Below, in pieces: positions 1 to 11,174 of a stretch of DNA of 64,000 nucleotides. A program made the translations under genes and the position numbers. The notes beneath the pieces were generated by a model. The model saw only the letters and a program-made list of their open reading frames with translations. It did not search any database and was not told the origin of the DNA. Each line of letters starts with the position of its first letter. Within the stretch, counting starts at the first letter, position 1. This DNA comes from Selaginella moellendorffii (lineage: Eukaryota > Plantae > Lycopodiophyta), in assembly GCF_000143415.4 (NCBI RefSeq), contig NW_003314327.1:388851-452850 (forward strand), in the 5' to 3' direction.

Positions 1-390
1 TGGATTCTTACTACTTCGATGGCTATCAAGCGAAGCGAAGCCGCTCGACAATTTATATACAAGTATGGTGGTCTTCTTCGGGATTGTGGGGTTATACTGG
101 AGGGAGACGAGTTCATGAGAAGCGGGTCAGGTTTCTGGGGAACTTTTTGGTAGAAGTGTGATCGCTTGGAGGAGTTTTGGACAGGATGCGAACGAAAAGA
201 TAATGGCTTCTGTCTGGCTCCGGCTCTTGGGAAGTGTCACTCCATCAATCTCGGCTCTTTAGAAGCGGTCTTTGGGAAAGCTTGGGCCAGAGATGCCAAC
301 AGGTTCGTGGACGACGAGCAGGAACAGGTTCTTGTAGACGCGTGTGGAAGCCTTGGATGACTAGCAGCAGAGGCGAGAGCTGTGCATGGT
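1..390 (+). pseudogene. Decayed, internally deleted copy of the adjacent PPR gene
   Basis: Colinear similarity to 947-1672: TGGATTCTTACTACTTCGATGGCTATCAAGCGAAGCGAAGCCGCT vs TGGATTCTTGCTTCTTCGGTGGCTGTCAAGCGAAGCGAGGCCGCT; GGTTTCTGGGGAACTTTTTGGTAGA vs GATTTCTGGGGAATCTCTTGGTGGA; GCGAGAGCTGTGCATGG vs GCGAGAGCTTTGCATGG. Contains stops and frameshifts. Confidence 0.8.
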
Positions 391-869
391 GTGGATCATA
401 GCTCCGTGCGTCACTTCGGCACCATGTCACGAGCTCTATGACGCGTTCTACGTTACACAGGCTATCGGTGAGATCGACCGAGAAGCTCTCGAGCTTCATG
501 GATAAAGTTTTATGCAAGCTAAAGCCATGGGATCGTCGTTAACGCTGGTGGCCTTCAGATGATCGCTTTTGGAAATAAGCTTTCAATTAATTTATTGGAT
601 AAAACCAAATTTGGAAATATACCCGTTTGAAAGACCTTTAAACCCTAATCTCTTAGGGCTCTTCTCCTCTTCGCGATGGACGAAGAGGAGGTAGAGGCGA
701 GCAGGAAGGGGTGGATTCTGGCGCTGGACGCGGCGGAATCACGGCTTTCTGAGGTGCGTCCGGCAATGCAGCGAAATCGCTGTACGCGGCCTTTGCGTCT
801 TGGATCCGTCCAAGCTGAAATGGATGGAGCTTCCGCGACTATTCAAGGATCTTCGTGCTGGGCTTGGCC

Positions 870-2579
870 ATGACTCTCAGACGCTGCCAAGGCATTGAGC
901 TCTACTACAGAGAACTATGTCTCACTCACCACGGGAAGGAAAGGCGTGGATTCTTGCTTCTTCGGTGGCTGTCAAGCGAAGCGAGGCCGCTGGACAACTT
1001 GGACAAGTACGCCATTCTTCTTCGCGAGTGTGGCACACTCGGGGACTACGCCAGAGGCAGGCGGCTTCACGAGAAGCTGGTGCAAGAGGGGCTTTTCGGA
1101 AGATTTCTGGGGAATCTCTTGGTGGAGATGTATGGCAAGTGTGGCAGCCTGGAGGAGGCGCGAGCGGTCTTCAACAGGATACGCACGAAGAACGTCTTTA
1201 CGTGGAATCTCATGGCCGGTGTCTACACGCAAAATGGCCGCGACAGGGAAGCCCTCCGGCTCTACAGGGAGATGTGCGTGGAAGGAGTCGCAGCCGACGA
1301 CTTCACCATCTTGGCCGTGCTCGCGGCCTGCGCGAATCTCCGCTGCTTGAAAGCTGGAAGAGCGGTTCTTGAGAGCATCAGAGGAAGCCGGATGATCCTG
1401 GAGAACTCGCTGGTGGGAAGCTCGATCGTTAGCATGCTTGGGAAGTGCGGCAGCGTCGCGGATGCCAAGAGTTTCTTCGACGACGAGCTCTCCAGCAAGA
1501 GCACGAGCTCCTGGAACGCGATGCTTGCAGCGTACTCGCAGAACAGTTTCGGAGCCGAGGCCATTCTTGTCTTCCGATCCATGCTGCTCGAGGGCGCGAA
1601 AGCGGACAGTGTGACTTTCGTGAGCGCCTGTGGAAGCATTGGAAGTCTAGCGATGGCGAGAGCTTTGCATGGAGTTGCCCGTAGCGGCGGCCTGGAGAGC
1701 GATTCTATCGTCGGGAACGCGCTGGTGAGCATGTATGGGAGATGCAAGAGCTGCGAGGATTCGAGGAACGTCTTCGACCGGCTAGCGGTGAGGAACATCG
1801 TCTCCTGGACTGCGATGATCTCGGCCTATGGACAGTGCGGCCATCACCGAGAAGCGCTGGAACTCTTCGAGGCGATGGACTGCGAGCCGGACAGGGTAGT
1901 GCTTGCCAGCATCCTGGATTCCTGCGGCAGCCTCTGCGATCTGGATTCCGGGAGGAGGATTCACGAGCGCTACTGCAAGGCACTGGAGGAGAAGTCCGTC
2001 CAGGTTGGAAACGCGCTGGTGGAGTTCTACGCTAAGTGTGGAGCTGTGGAAGACGCTGTGAGATCCTTCGAGAGGATGGCTTGCAGGGACGTCCAGTCGT
2101 GGAGCTCGATGATCGCAGTGTACTCCCAGAGCGATCGCAGCGATCCATCATCGTCATCGCCATCGGCAGTGAGCTTGTTCTTCCGGATGGCGCTCGAGGG
2201 AGTGAGCCCAAACGAGTTCGTACTCACGCACGTCCTCGACGCTTGCAGCCATCTGGGACTGGAGTCGCGAGCTCGCGGCTTGCTGGGTTCCATGGCCGAG
2301 GATCACAGCATCGCCGCGAGCGTGGAGCACTACGGCTGTTTCGTCGATCTGCTAGGACGATTGGGCGAGCTGGATCGAGCGCAGGAGGCGATCGAGCTCT
2401 TACCTTTCCAGGCCGACGCCGTGATGTGGATCATTCTTCTCAGCGCTTGCATCGTCCATGGCGATGTGGAGCGAGGAGCTCTAGTCGCTGCTCAAATCGC
2501 TGGGCTGGATGATGACGGCGCTAGCGCGAGCGCGTGCTTCGTTTTGGCGGCAAATTCCTTCTCCATTAATTGTGATTAA
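870..2579 (+). CDS. PLS-class pentatricopeptide repeat protein with E-like C-terminus and no DYW domain (intronless)
   Basis: Repeated PLS motifs (GNLLVEMYGKCGSLEEARAVF, NVFTWN, GNALVSMYGRC, NIVSWTAMISAYGQ) and terminal HYGCFVDLLGRLG...WIILLSACIVHGDVERG. First ATG at 870. Confidence 0.93.
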   Translation: MTLRRCQGIELYYRELCLTHHGKERRGFLLLRWLSSEARPLDNLDKYAILLRECGTLGDYARGRRLHEKLVQEGLFGRFLGNLLVEMYGKCGSLEEARAVFNRIRTKNVFTWNLMAGVYTQNGRDREALRLYREMCVEGVAADDFTILAVLAACANLRCLKAGRAVLESIRGSRMILENSLVGSSIVSMLGKCGSVADAKSFFDDELSSKSTSSWNAMLAAYSQNSFGAEAILVFRSMLLEGAKADSVTFVSACGSIGSLAMARALHGVARSGGLESDSIVGNALVSMYGRCKSCEDSRNVFDRLAVRNIVSWTAMISAYGQCGHHREALELFEAMDCEPDRVVLASILDSCGSLCDLDSGRRIHERYCKALEEKSVQVGNALVEFYAKCGAVEDAVRSFERMACRDVQSWSSMIAVYSQSDRSDPSSSSPSAVSLFFRMALEGVSPNEFVLTHVLDACSHLGLESRARGLLGSMAEDHSIAASVEHYGCFVDLLGRLGELDRAQEAIELLPFQADAVMWIILLSACIVHGDVERGALVAAQIAGLDDDGASASACFVLAANSFSINCD

Positions 2580-2706
2580 TTAGAAACGTAACTCAACCGC
2601 GGCAAAAAAAAATTTAGGGCTAGATTAATTTGGAGAACATTTAGATTTAGCGCCCGAATTATCCAACATTTTAAGTAAATGCAAGTTTAGGGCACACTTT
2701 GCAAAG

Positions 2707-4863
2707 ATGCCCCCCGTCCTCTTGGGCGGCTCCAAGAAATCTTTGAGCGCCATGGAGCAGAGCTCCCGGAGGAGCAAAGCTGTGGCATCCTACTGCTTCG
2801 GCGGCCTCCTCTCGCTCTTCCTCGTCGTCCAGATCATCACCGGCGGCTTCCGGCTCATCGAGAATCCGCTCAAGGTACGATGATCCGATCTTTCTCGCGC
2901 GCAATCGCTCCCCCTCTCGATATTCTCCCTCCGCGGCGGATTTTCTTGATCGATCCATCGCTTGATCACGGCGGCAGTTTGAACAGGTCGCGCGCGCGCG
3001 CAAGAGCACGGCGCGGATAATCTCCGGCGAACTGGATCATCTCCGATGCATCGAGGGCAGCTTGCGGCAGCTCGGGGACACTGGCATTCTCGTGGATGTG
3101 TGCCAAAAGGCTGGATCTCGCGCAGCGGCTACTCCTCCCAGGGGATCAAAGGCATGATCTTTATCTTCTCTTTTCTTCCAGATCGCTGATCTCTTGGCTG
3201 TGTAGAGGGATTGCAATGTGGAGAGCTTGTGGAGTCAGCCGAATTCCAGATTCTATCAGTGTGTCGACCGCACGAATTACCAGAAAAGTAACTTCCGATT
3301 GTTCTCTCTGTGCTTGGATCTCTAAGATTGTTCCCCCCTTTCTTCTTTCTTGCAGGAAGTTCTAGCGGTGAGACAAATGGATACTTGATGACCTTTGCAA
3401 ATGGTGGGCTCAACCAAATGAGAACTGCCGTACGTCTTCTTTAGTGTTTCTTGCTCCGTGTCCATGAATTCTATAGACTGATTTGCAGTTTATGTACGGG
3501 CATTGTTTAGATCTGCGATATGGTGGCAGTGGCGCGTGTGATGAACGCTACATTGGTGATTCCAGATCTCGATCATACTTCTTACTGGGATGACCCGAGG
3601 TATTTCCTTTCACTTTTCTCGCCATTTGAACTGGTTTTTTTTTCTCTTTGCAGTAACTTCGAAGACATTTTTGACGTAAATCAATTCATAAAACAGCTGC
3701 AACATGACATCAGGATCGTTAAAACACTTCCAAACGACTTTAATTCATCTGACATTTTCCAACTTGCACCAAAATCTTGGTCACAAGTAAGAACTATTAA
3801 TTCTGCAGTGTTCGCTGAAATTTTTATTTGTTTGCAGGTATCATACTACCAGGAAGAAATATTGCCTCTTCTTTTGAAACACAAGGTTTTGCGTTTTTCA
3901 CTGACTGACTCGAGGCTGGCGAACCAAATCTCTGACGAGTTCCAAAGATTACGTTGTAGAGCCAACTACAAGGCGTTGCGGTTTGAGCCGAGCCTTCGAT
4001 CTTTAGGGAACAGGATAGTCAAACGACTGCAAAAGGGAGGCTCGTATATCGCTCTACATTTGAGGTTCACCTTTACAGACCTTTTCTCCTTTTTCTAACT
4101 TTGCTTTTTCTTGGATAGATACGAGAAGGACATGCTAGCGTTTTCGGGTTGTACAGCAGGCCTCTCGTACGCAGAAGCATCCGAGCTTAGAAGAATCCGC
4201 TACAACACAAGTCGCTGGAAAGAGAAGGAGATCAACGCCGAGACTCGAAGAGCTTCTGGTGGCTGCCCTCTAACTCCACTGGAGATTGGCCTCTTACTGA
4301 GAGCCTTGGGATATCCACAGAACACGACGGTATACATCGCCGCGGGCGAGATCTATGGCGGAAGACAAAGAATGCAGTCCTTCACGGCGCTATATCCCAA
4401 CGTCGTCACGAAAGAGACGCTCACGTCCCCCGAGGAGCTGAAGCCATTTCGGAGGTTCCAAAACAGGCTTGCAGCGCTCGACTACATGGTGGCAGTGGAG
4501 AGCGACGTTTTCATTCCAACGTTTGATGGAAACATGGCGAGAGCAGTGCAGGGACACCGAAGATTTCTCGGCCACCGCAAGACTTTGATCCCGGACAGGT
4601 AAGGCTAGTGTTTACGAGTTCTTACGAGTGATGTTCTTCGATTCTTGTGTTCCAGGACTCGTCTCGTGAGGATCTTTGATGAGTTTGAGAGGCGGGCAAT
4701 CGGCTGGGACAGTGTCAAGCTCCAAGTCCAAAAGACTCATAGAAACAGGCAGGGAGAACCCCACTTTAGGAAATCGGGCTCGTCAAACGCAAAGCTCGAG
4801 GAGAGCTTTTACGCAAACCCTCTACCGGGGTGTATATGTGAGAATACAACCACGATTTGCTAG
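2707..4863 (+). CDS. O-fucosyltransferase-family (PF10250; plant GT106-type) glycosyltransferase, multi-exon
   Basis: N-terminal TM segment; motifs [92 protein letters not shown]; short GT-AG introns. Confidence 0.92.
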
Positions 4864-4883
4864 CAGGGAGGAAGACGGTTGCT

Positions 4884-4977
4884 GGTAGACGGCTGAGATT
4901 GATCCTCGTAGACGGCTTGGATTGATCCTGGTGGACGGCTTGGACTGGTTTCGGACGGATGGCTTGGATTCATCCTT
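4884..4977 (+). repeat. Short degenerate tandem repeat (~23 bp, about 4 copies, core GACGGCTTGGATTGATCCT)
   Basis: Visible in the intergenic spacer between 4863 and 5015. Confidence 0.6.
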
Positions 4978-5014
4978 ACGGAAACGGTCACATTTTCTAG
5001 GGCTTGAGAGGGCG

Positions 5015-5978
5015 ATGGTGTGTCGGAAGAAGAATGTGAGCCATGGAAGTGGCGATGGCGAGGATTGGACCGAGGAGCAGGAGGCTAGGCTCCACAATGC
5101 GCACCTCGCCGTTCGAGCGACGCCGAATTTCTGGCGCGACATCGCGAAGCTTGTGAGTTCTCGCGAAATTCTGGGGATTTGATCGATCGCGTGGTTGCCA
5201 GGTTCCAGGGAAGACCGCGGACGAGTGCTTCCACAGATTCTACTCGGCCCATCCCACGCCGCCGTTGGCGCCCCAGCAGCACGGGAGGAGGGTGTGCTTG
5301 AGCTCGCCAATTCGGCCGCTTGAAGGAAAGCTTCTGTCCCCGACTAGATTGCTACACCAGAAGCAGGCGGCGAAGATTAGAAAGGTCGGCGGGAGGAGCA
5401 CGAAGGCGATCTTCCAATCGCACAAGGCTGTCCGCGAGATCCTTCGGAAGCAGCAGATCGATGACCAGGGATACGAAGAAGACGCCTTTGCTGCCCTGGA
5501 GAGCACGGACATTCCTTGCTGGGACAAAGCCGCTGCCTTGGTTTCCATCGCCACCCCTGCCGCTACCAAGAGAAAGAAATCAGCCAAGAAGAAAGAGGTG
5601 ATCAAAGCGGTGGTGGATTCTTCCAGTGAGAGGCCCAGTTCTTCGGAGGTTCTAAGGCCAGCGTCTACCGATGGGAGGAAGCACGAGAGGTATCTGGATC
5701 TCCTCATTCGCAGGAACAAACTACCGGCAGCGTCACAGAGGAAAAATGCGAAGAAAGACGATCCAAGCAGCAGTGGTGGTGGCTTTGGTTCAAAGCTCAA
5801 GGCGCGGCTTGGATCGAGCAAGAACTTGTCCACTGCCAAGTCCGCGGTGATTGCCAGCGCAAGGGACGTACTGGAACAGATACGTGAGAGAAGATCATCG
5901 TCCTCCACGGCCACAAAATTAGACAGCGATAGAGACTCGGGATCATGCTCTGACGCGAGCGACTTGGACGATTTCTAG
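5015..5978 (+). CDS. SANT/Myb-like domain protein with basic, disordered C-terminus (2 exons; intron 5153-5201)
   Basis: WTEEQEARLHNAHLAVRATPNFWRDIAKL|VPGKTADECFHRF fits the SANT pattern W...FW..IA..VPGKT..EC. A 49-nt GT-AG intron joins it in frame to ORF 5265-5978. Confidence 0.8.
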
Positions 5979-6135
5979 AGATCCATGCGTACAGGTTCGT
6001 CACCATTCTTTTTGCTTGAGCTCTTCACCAGTGATTCTCTTCTTTCAGACTTGTGATCGTTAGTAGGGGAAGTTTTTGCGACAAAGATTTTGGGACGAAA
6101 CGAATCCCATCCAAACAAAAGTGGCCGCTCTCTTT

Positions 6136-7798
6136 CTACTCGGCGGCTTTAGGAAGAACTATATCCTCCGGGCCCAGCTCCAAGTCCGTGTCGATCGTCG
6201 GCCCATACGAGTGGATCCTCTTGAAGTTCCAGTGGTCAGTCGGGAGTGGCTCCGAGAACCACGACTGGAATTCCTCGTCCCACCGCTGCTCGACCTGTCC
6301 AACCGCGAAGTAATTTATGGGAAACGTGAGCGGCGACCGAACTCCATCCGTGTGCCGTGGGATTTTCTTATCCTGCGCGCGCGAAGTTGGAACAAATCAG
6401 TCGCAACAAAGGAAAGAGACAAGAAGAAACAACGAGAGCTATACATACCAGTAAGAACGCCATCACGGTTTCTAGGAAACGATCCTCGTCCATCTTTGCG
6501 GCCTCGGGATAAATCCGTCCCATAATCACGCGGTGCCTATGCACAGGGATGCTAGAAATGTCAATAAAACAACAAGTCACAGTACCTCGTTTCCTTGTTG
6601 TCGTGAGTTACGAGTATGTCGTACATCCATCCGCCGTTTGTGACGAACTTGCTCTCGTAGTACACGTCGAATGTTATCTCTCGATCGTCGGGCGTCTTGA
6701 CGGAACAAGCCACTCGTTTCGATGATTCCTCCTCGCGGGCTTTGGCAGCAGCGGCCAGTTCCTCGGGTGTTTGATCTTTCGACTAGAGTGACTTCACAAC
6801 GTAAGCTTCTTTTTTTTTCTATGTAGAAAAGGAGAAACTTACTGGCAGGATGTCACACTTTCCCTCTGCGAGCAAGTCCGGGTTGTAGACCATCTGTTTT
6901 GCCGAATACCAACGAAAGATGAGAGAAGCTTTAAGGCGAACGCTTCTGGAGAAACTCTACCTCTTCCAGGACGCCTTTGTCGAACAAAATTTGTTTGAGC
7001 GTCTTGGCTCTATCAGCCGCCGCCGCCGCCTTCCCTCTGTCGGAAATGGATCCAGCGTCGACGGGCTGCTCCCACAGGTTTCTCTGTGTAATATCGGCGT
7101 TTCCCCTTGGAATGCTCCCAAGCTCGTTCACCCACTAGAAAAATGAAAAAAAGCGACCATCATGCATCAATCTTGTTATAGCAACTTCTAGCATACGTAC
7201 CTGTTGTCTCACAGCGAGCATTTTCTGCTGATCAAGCACCGGCAAGTGGAACACCTTGTAAAAGTGGCAAAGCTCCGGACGCCTTCCGATGAGAGTTCTA
7301 AGAGAGTTCCTGATATCCTTGGAGAAACCAATGTACTGAACCCTGTTGTTGTTGTCAATTACGGCAAAAATGGTAGCGGCAGTGTCGGGATCCACTGGTG
7401 GCTGAATTCTTCCATCCTTGTTGACATAGGGGCAGAGCGGCAGGTCTTTGAGAGGAGTGACGGCTTCCGTTGTAGCAGCCGTTGTAGAAGCTGAGAGTGC
7501 TACTACAGCAGCAATGCAGCTTGATCTGGCTCGAGACAGACCCCGCCGTGGCGCATAAATCTGCCATTTGCAAAGTGAATGGCTGGCGTTGCTACCTTGC
7601 TTCAGAAATCCCAGATGAGCAATTCTTGCCGAATCTGGAAACGATTGGAGCTGAGCTGACGTTTGCGACACAGCACCATTTTGCAGGGAGACTGAAGCCT
7701 GGTACAAGGAACAGATTAAACAGCTCCTTAAGAGAGTCTGGAAAGCTAGAGATTTTTTAGATCGAAGAACTCACCGTTGTTGCGGCAACAGCAGCCAT
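6136..7798 (-). CDS. Putative plastid-targeted GIY-YIG-like domain protein (GRXS16 N-terminal/cyanobacterial type) with unknown C-terminal domain
   Basis: ATG at 7798 (MAAVAAT|), Ser/Ala-rich transit-like region, then TIFAVIDNNNRVQYIGFSKDIRNSLRTLIGRRPELC, WVNELGSIPRGN, LWEQPVD, KGVLEE|MVYNPDLLAEGKCDIL. Further exons run to ...VLPKAAE* (stop 6136-6138). No glutaredoxin CGFS domain. Confidence 0.78.
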
Positions 7799-8702
7799 GA
7801 GCTGAGGGACAGTCGCTTTGGCCTTTTACTCATATCTTCCGGTGGAAATATCTACTTGACTTCCCTTATCAGGATAGAATAGATCTTCACCATCCACGGA
7901 TTCCGAATCAGGTATCCAGGCCGTCCAAACTAAACGTCTGTCACTCGTAGGAATCGTTCTGGAGAAAAGAGGTGAATTAGATGAATTTCTAACAAAGCTT
8001 ACTTCCAGAAGAGAAGTTTCTCAAACTCGAACCAGATAAAACGAAGGCGTGGCAATGAGAACGGGAGAACCAATCTGCAAAGCACAAAAAAGACTTTCAC
8101 CTTGACCCGAACACAAGAGCGGAGGAACGACGGTTGACACGGTCTGGCGCTCATCCTCGAGCTTAATCGTCAAGTCGGGGACAGATCATTCTAAACAAAA
8201 GCACAGTCAACCCAACGCCAAAGACATGAGCCTTGACAGCGTCAAAGCACGAGCTTGCTTTCGTTTTAAAGTACCTGGAGTGGTATAAAAAGATCGCTCG
8301 TTGTAAGAAAAGTTTCCCGTCCTCTCCTCTCCCAGCTTTGACATTTTCCTCCTGTTTCAATCAGCGGAAAATCGGATAAGTCTCGAGGAAGAAGAAAAAA
8401 ACAGACGCAGCATCGATCAACTCAGGCAAAGCGCAGCTCAAAAGTTTCGAGAGGCAATGATAGTCAACCCCACAGCCCACAAAGTACAAACAAAGGAGAA
8501 CAGTCTTGCTCCAGCGTGTTTGACAATTTTTAACGCGCGGTCTTCCGCTTAAAATTCTCCTCGACGTGTTCAAAGAGGTGTCTTGAGTGGAGTCGAGTAT
8601 CACAGCTACTATAAGTACGAGGAGAAGAAGAAAAGCTTCTCCTTGATCGTAAAGATTGGACCAGCCAAGAGCCAGCCAGCCCAATCCACGAAAAAATTCT
8701 GC

Positions 8703-8723
8703 GAGAGAGAGAGAGAGAGAGAG
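8703..8723 (+). repeat. (GA)n microsatellite
   Basis: Direct read. Confidence 0.85.
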
Positions 8724-9296
8724 AAGCAAGCGAGAGCGCCAAAAAGAAAAGAAAAAATACATGATGTCAGGAGGGAGTCACGAAGAATAAACAAATAGCA
8801 AAGAAGGAACCGCTGCTTACCTATTTTTTCTCTCCAAAATCCATATTTCTATCCTGCGAGCGAGGCACGAGAGATTCCACTGCACGACTCGCCAAATTGG
8901 AGTGGGGGAGGAGCCGCCAGCTTGAATCGGCTGTGATCTCTGTCACATTGGCGAGATTATCGATTCTTCTAGCTCCGCCGCGCCGTCGCCAGCGTGATCC
9001 ATCCCTGCATTCGCTCGTCCCAGGCGCCATCGAGAGGAAAAGGCCCCAAAATTTGTGCTCGCATAGCTAGGGTTAGGGTTTTGGAGGAGGGGGATGGAGA
9101 ATGTGAAGCACCAGCGGCATCGCCATCGCCAGTCGCCATTCCCGGGAGCTGGCGATTTGCGGGTAAATTCCTCGTGAGAGCGAGCGAGCGAGCGAGGTAG
9201 CGCGCTAGCGATAGATGATTCTCTTCACTGTCGGGAAGCGCCAGCGGTAGATTCGTGGCGTAGCTACAGGGAAAAAAAGTAAGAAATTCTCGCGCA

Positions 9297-11174
9297 ATGA
9301 CGGATGAATCCTTGCTGCCGGAGATTTCCAGCCTCGCCATCCGCGACTCTCCGGCCCGGGCCGGCGATTCCGCCTCCTCCCCACCAGATCTCGACGTGTC
9401 GGTGGCCCTGGATCACGCCGAGGCCGTGGTGCGCAAATGGGAGAATGGCACTGGCGAGCAGATGGTCTGGGAGATCTCCTCCGAGGACGCGCAGGATTAT
9501 CTCCTCGCCGTGGATAGCCTCCAAGCTCTCCTTGGCGATGGCGATGGCGGCCCCGATGCTGCCAGGATCCAGGAGGTGCTGCGAATCGCCCAGGGGCGAT
9601 TGAAGAGCGAGTTCAAGCACTTGCTCGCGATCCACACCGAGTGCGTCGACCCGAGCTGGCTGCCCGAGAGCTTCTCGGCGCCATCTTTCAGCTCCAACCC
9701 GGATCCATCCGACGAAGATGGCTCGTCAACGAATCCAGATGGTGTCTCCACCGAGCAGCAGTCGATGCGAGAGCAGAGCTTCATCATAGATCTCCTCCCG
9801 CCCGCCATCGTCGCGGACTTGAGCGACATAGCCCGGAGGATGGCCAACATGGATCACTCCCGGGACTGCATCGACGCTTACATCCTCGTCCGCAAGGGCG
9901 TCCTCGAGGACAGTATGTTCTTGCTGGGAGTGGAGAGGCTCTCGTCCGAGGACGTCCAGAAGATGGAGTGGAAGGTTTTGGAGCCGCGCATGAAGAAGTG
10001 CCTCAAGGCCATGAAGGTTTCGTTCAAGGTGCTGTTTGCGAGTGAGAGGTTTCTCTCCGACGAGGTTTTCGCCGTGGACCTCGAGGAGAGCGATACGTGC
10101 TTTGCCGAGATGGCCAACGACGCGGCGCTCGAGGTGCTCGACATGATCAGAGTGTTTGCGACGCCGGACAAGCCCGAGAAGCTGTTCCGGCTGCTGGACA
10201 TGTACGAGACGCTCAAGGAGCTGCTGCCCGAGATCGAGTTGGCGTTCCAAGGACAGGTTTGCAGTCGAGTGCGCCAAGAGGCTGCTGATGTTCTCGATAT
10301 ACTCAGTGGTGCTGCCAGGGAGACCTTCGTCGGGGTGAAGAACGCCATCGAGACGAGCTTGTCGACGCAGCCGGTTGTTAACGGAGCCGTGCATCCCCTC
10401 ACGCGGTACCTGATGAACTACCTCTCGTTTCTGTCCGAGTACATGGACACGATGAAGGAGCTCTTTGGTCACCAGGAGTCCGCGAACGGGGAGGCTGGTG
10501 TGGCTGGCGGCGACGAGACGAGCGAAGCCGCGGGTGCCGGTGAGGACGAGAACGAAGTTGGAGCTCTCCGATCGCCGCTGGTGCCGGTCTTGATGGAGAT
10601 ACTAGAGGCGCTGATGAGGCACACGGACGAGAACGCGAGGCTGTACAAGGACACGGTGCTGAGCACCATCTTCCTGATGAACAACACACACTACATCGTC
10701 CAAAAGGCCAAGCACGCTGGGATCCAGTTCGTTATCGGGGACTCTTGGCTGCGGAGGCACAGCTCGCTGGTGCGGTACCACGCCATGAACTACCAGAGGG
10801 TGGCGTGGGGGAAGATCTTCTCCTATCTCCGGGACGAGGGAATCCGGGGACCGGGATACAACATCTCCAAGGAGATACTCAAGGAGAGATTCAAGAACTT
10901 CAACGCTGCGTTTGAGGAGATCCACAGGACGCAGGCGGGATGGGTGGTGTCCGACGGCCTCCGGGACGAGCTACGCGTTCTCATCAGTGACAAGCTCATC
11001 CCGGCCTACCGATCCTTCCTCGGGAGATACAGGGTCCACCTCGAAGGCATGAGACACTCGGAGAGATATCTCAAGTACTCGGTGGAGGACTTGGAGAACC
11101 TCATCAACAATCTGTTCGTGGGAGCAGCGCATGGTTCGATGAGCAGGCGACGATCCATCACCGGTGGAGGGTGA
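9297..11174 (+). CDS. EXO70: Exocyst subunit EXO70 family protein (intronless)
   Basis: Motifs PEKLFRLLDMYE, GAVHPLTRYLMNYL, LSTIFLMNNTHYIVQK, KERFKNFNAAFEEIHRTQAGWVVSD, YLKYSVEDLENLINNLF. Confidence 0.96.
   Translation: MTDESLLPEISSLAIRDSPARAGDSASSPPDLDVSVALDHAEAVVRKWENGTGEQMVWEISSEDAQDYLLAVDSLQALLGDGDGGPDAARIQEVLRIAQGRLKSEFKHLLAIHTECVDPSWLPESFSAPSFSSNPDPSDEDGSSTNPDGVSTEQQSMREQSFIIDLLPPAIVADLSDIARRMANMDHSRDCIDAYILVRKGVLEDSMFLLGVERLSSEDVQKMEWKVLEPRMKKCLKAMKVSFKVLFASERFLSDEVFAVDLEESDTCFAEMANDAALEVLDMIRVFATPDKPEKLFRLLDMYETLKELLPEIELAFQGQVCSRVRQEAADVLDILSGAARETFVGVKNAIETSLSTQPVVNGAVHPLTRYLMNYLSFLSEYMDTMKELFGHQESANGEAGVAGGDETSEAAGAGEDENEVGALRSPLVPVLMEILEALMRHTDENARLYKDTVLSTIFLMNNTHYIVQKAKHAGIQFVIGDSWLRRHSSLVRYHAMNYQRVAWGKIFSYLRDEGIRGPGYNISKEILKERFKNFNAAFEEIHRTQAGWVVSDGLRDELRVLISDKLIPAYRSFLGRYRVHLEGMRHSERYLKYSVEDLENLINNLFVGAAHGSMSRRRSITGGG

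Noticed and set aside
895-2512. Many alternative-frame and antisense ORFs over the PPR gene (likewise over EXO70 and IQD)
   Set aside because: By-products of GC3-rich coding sequence; no recognisable motifs.
8640-8700. GATTGG...CCAATC inverted repeat as a miRNA precursor
   Set aside because: Intervening sequence does not pair and no known miRNA is recognisable.
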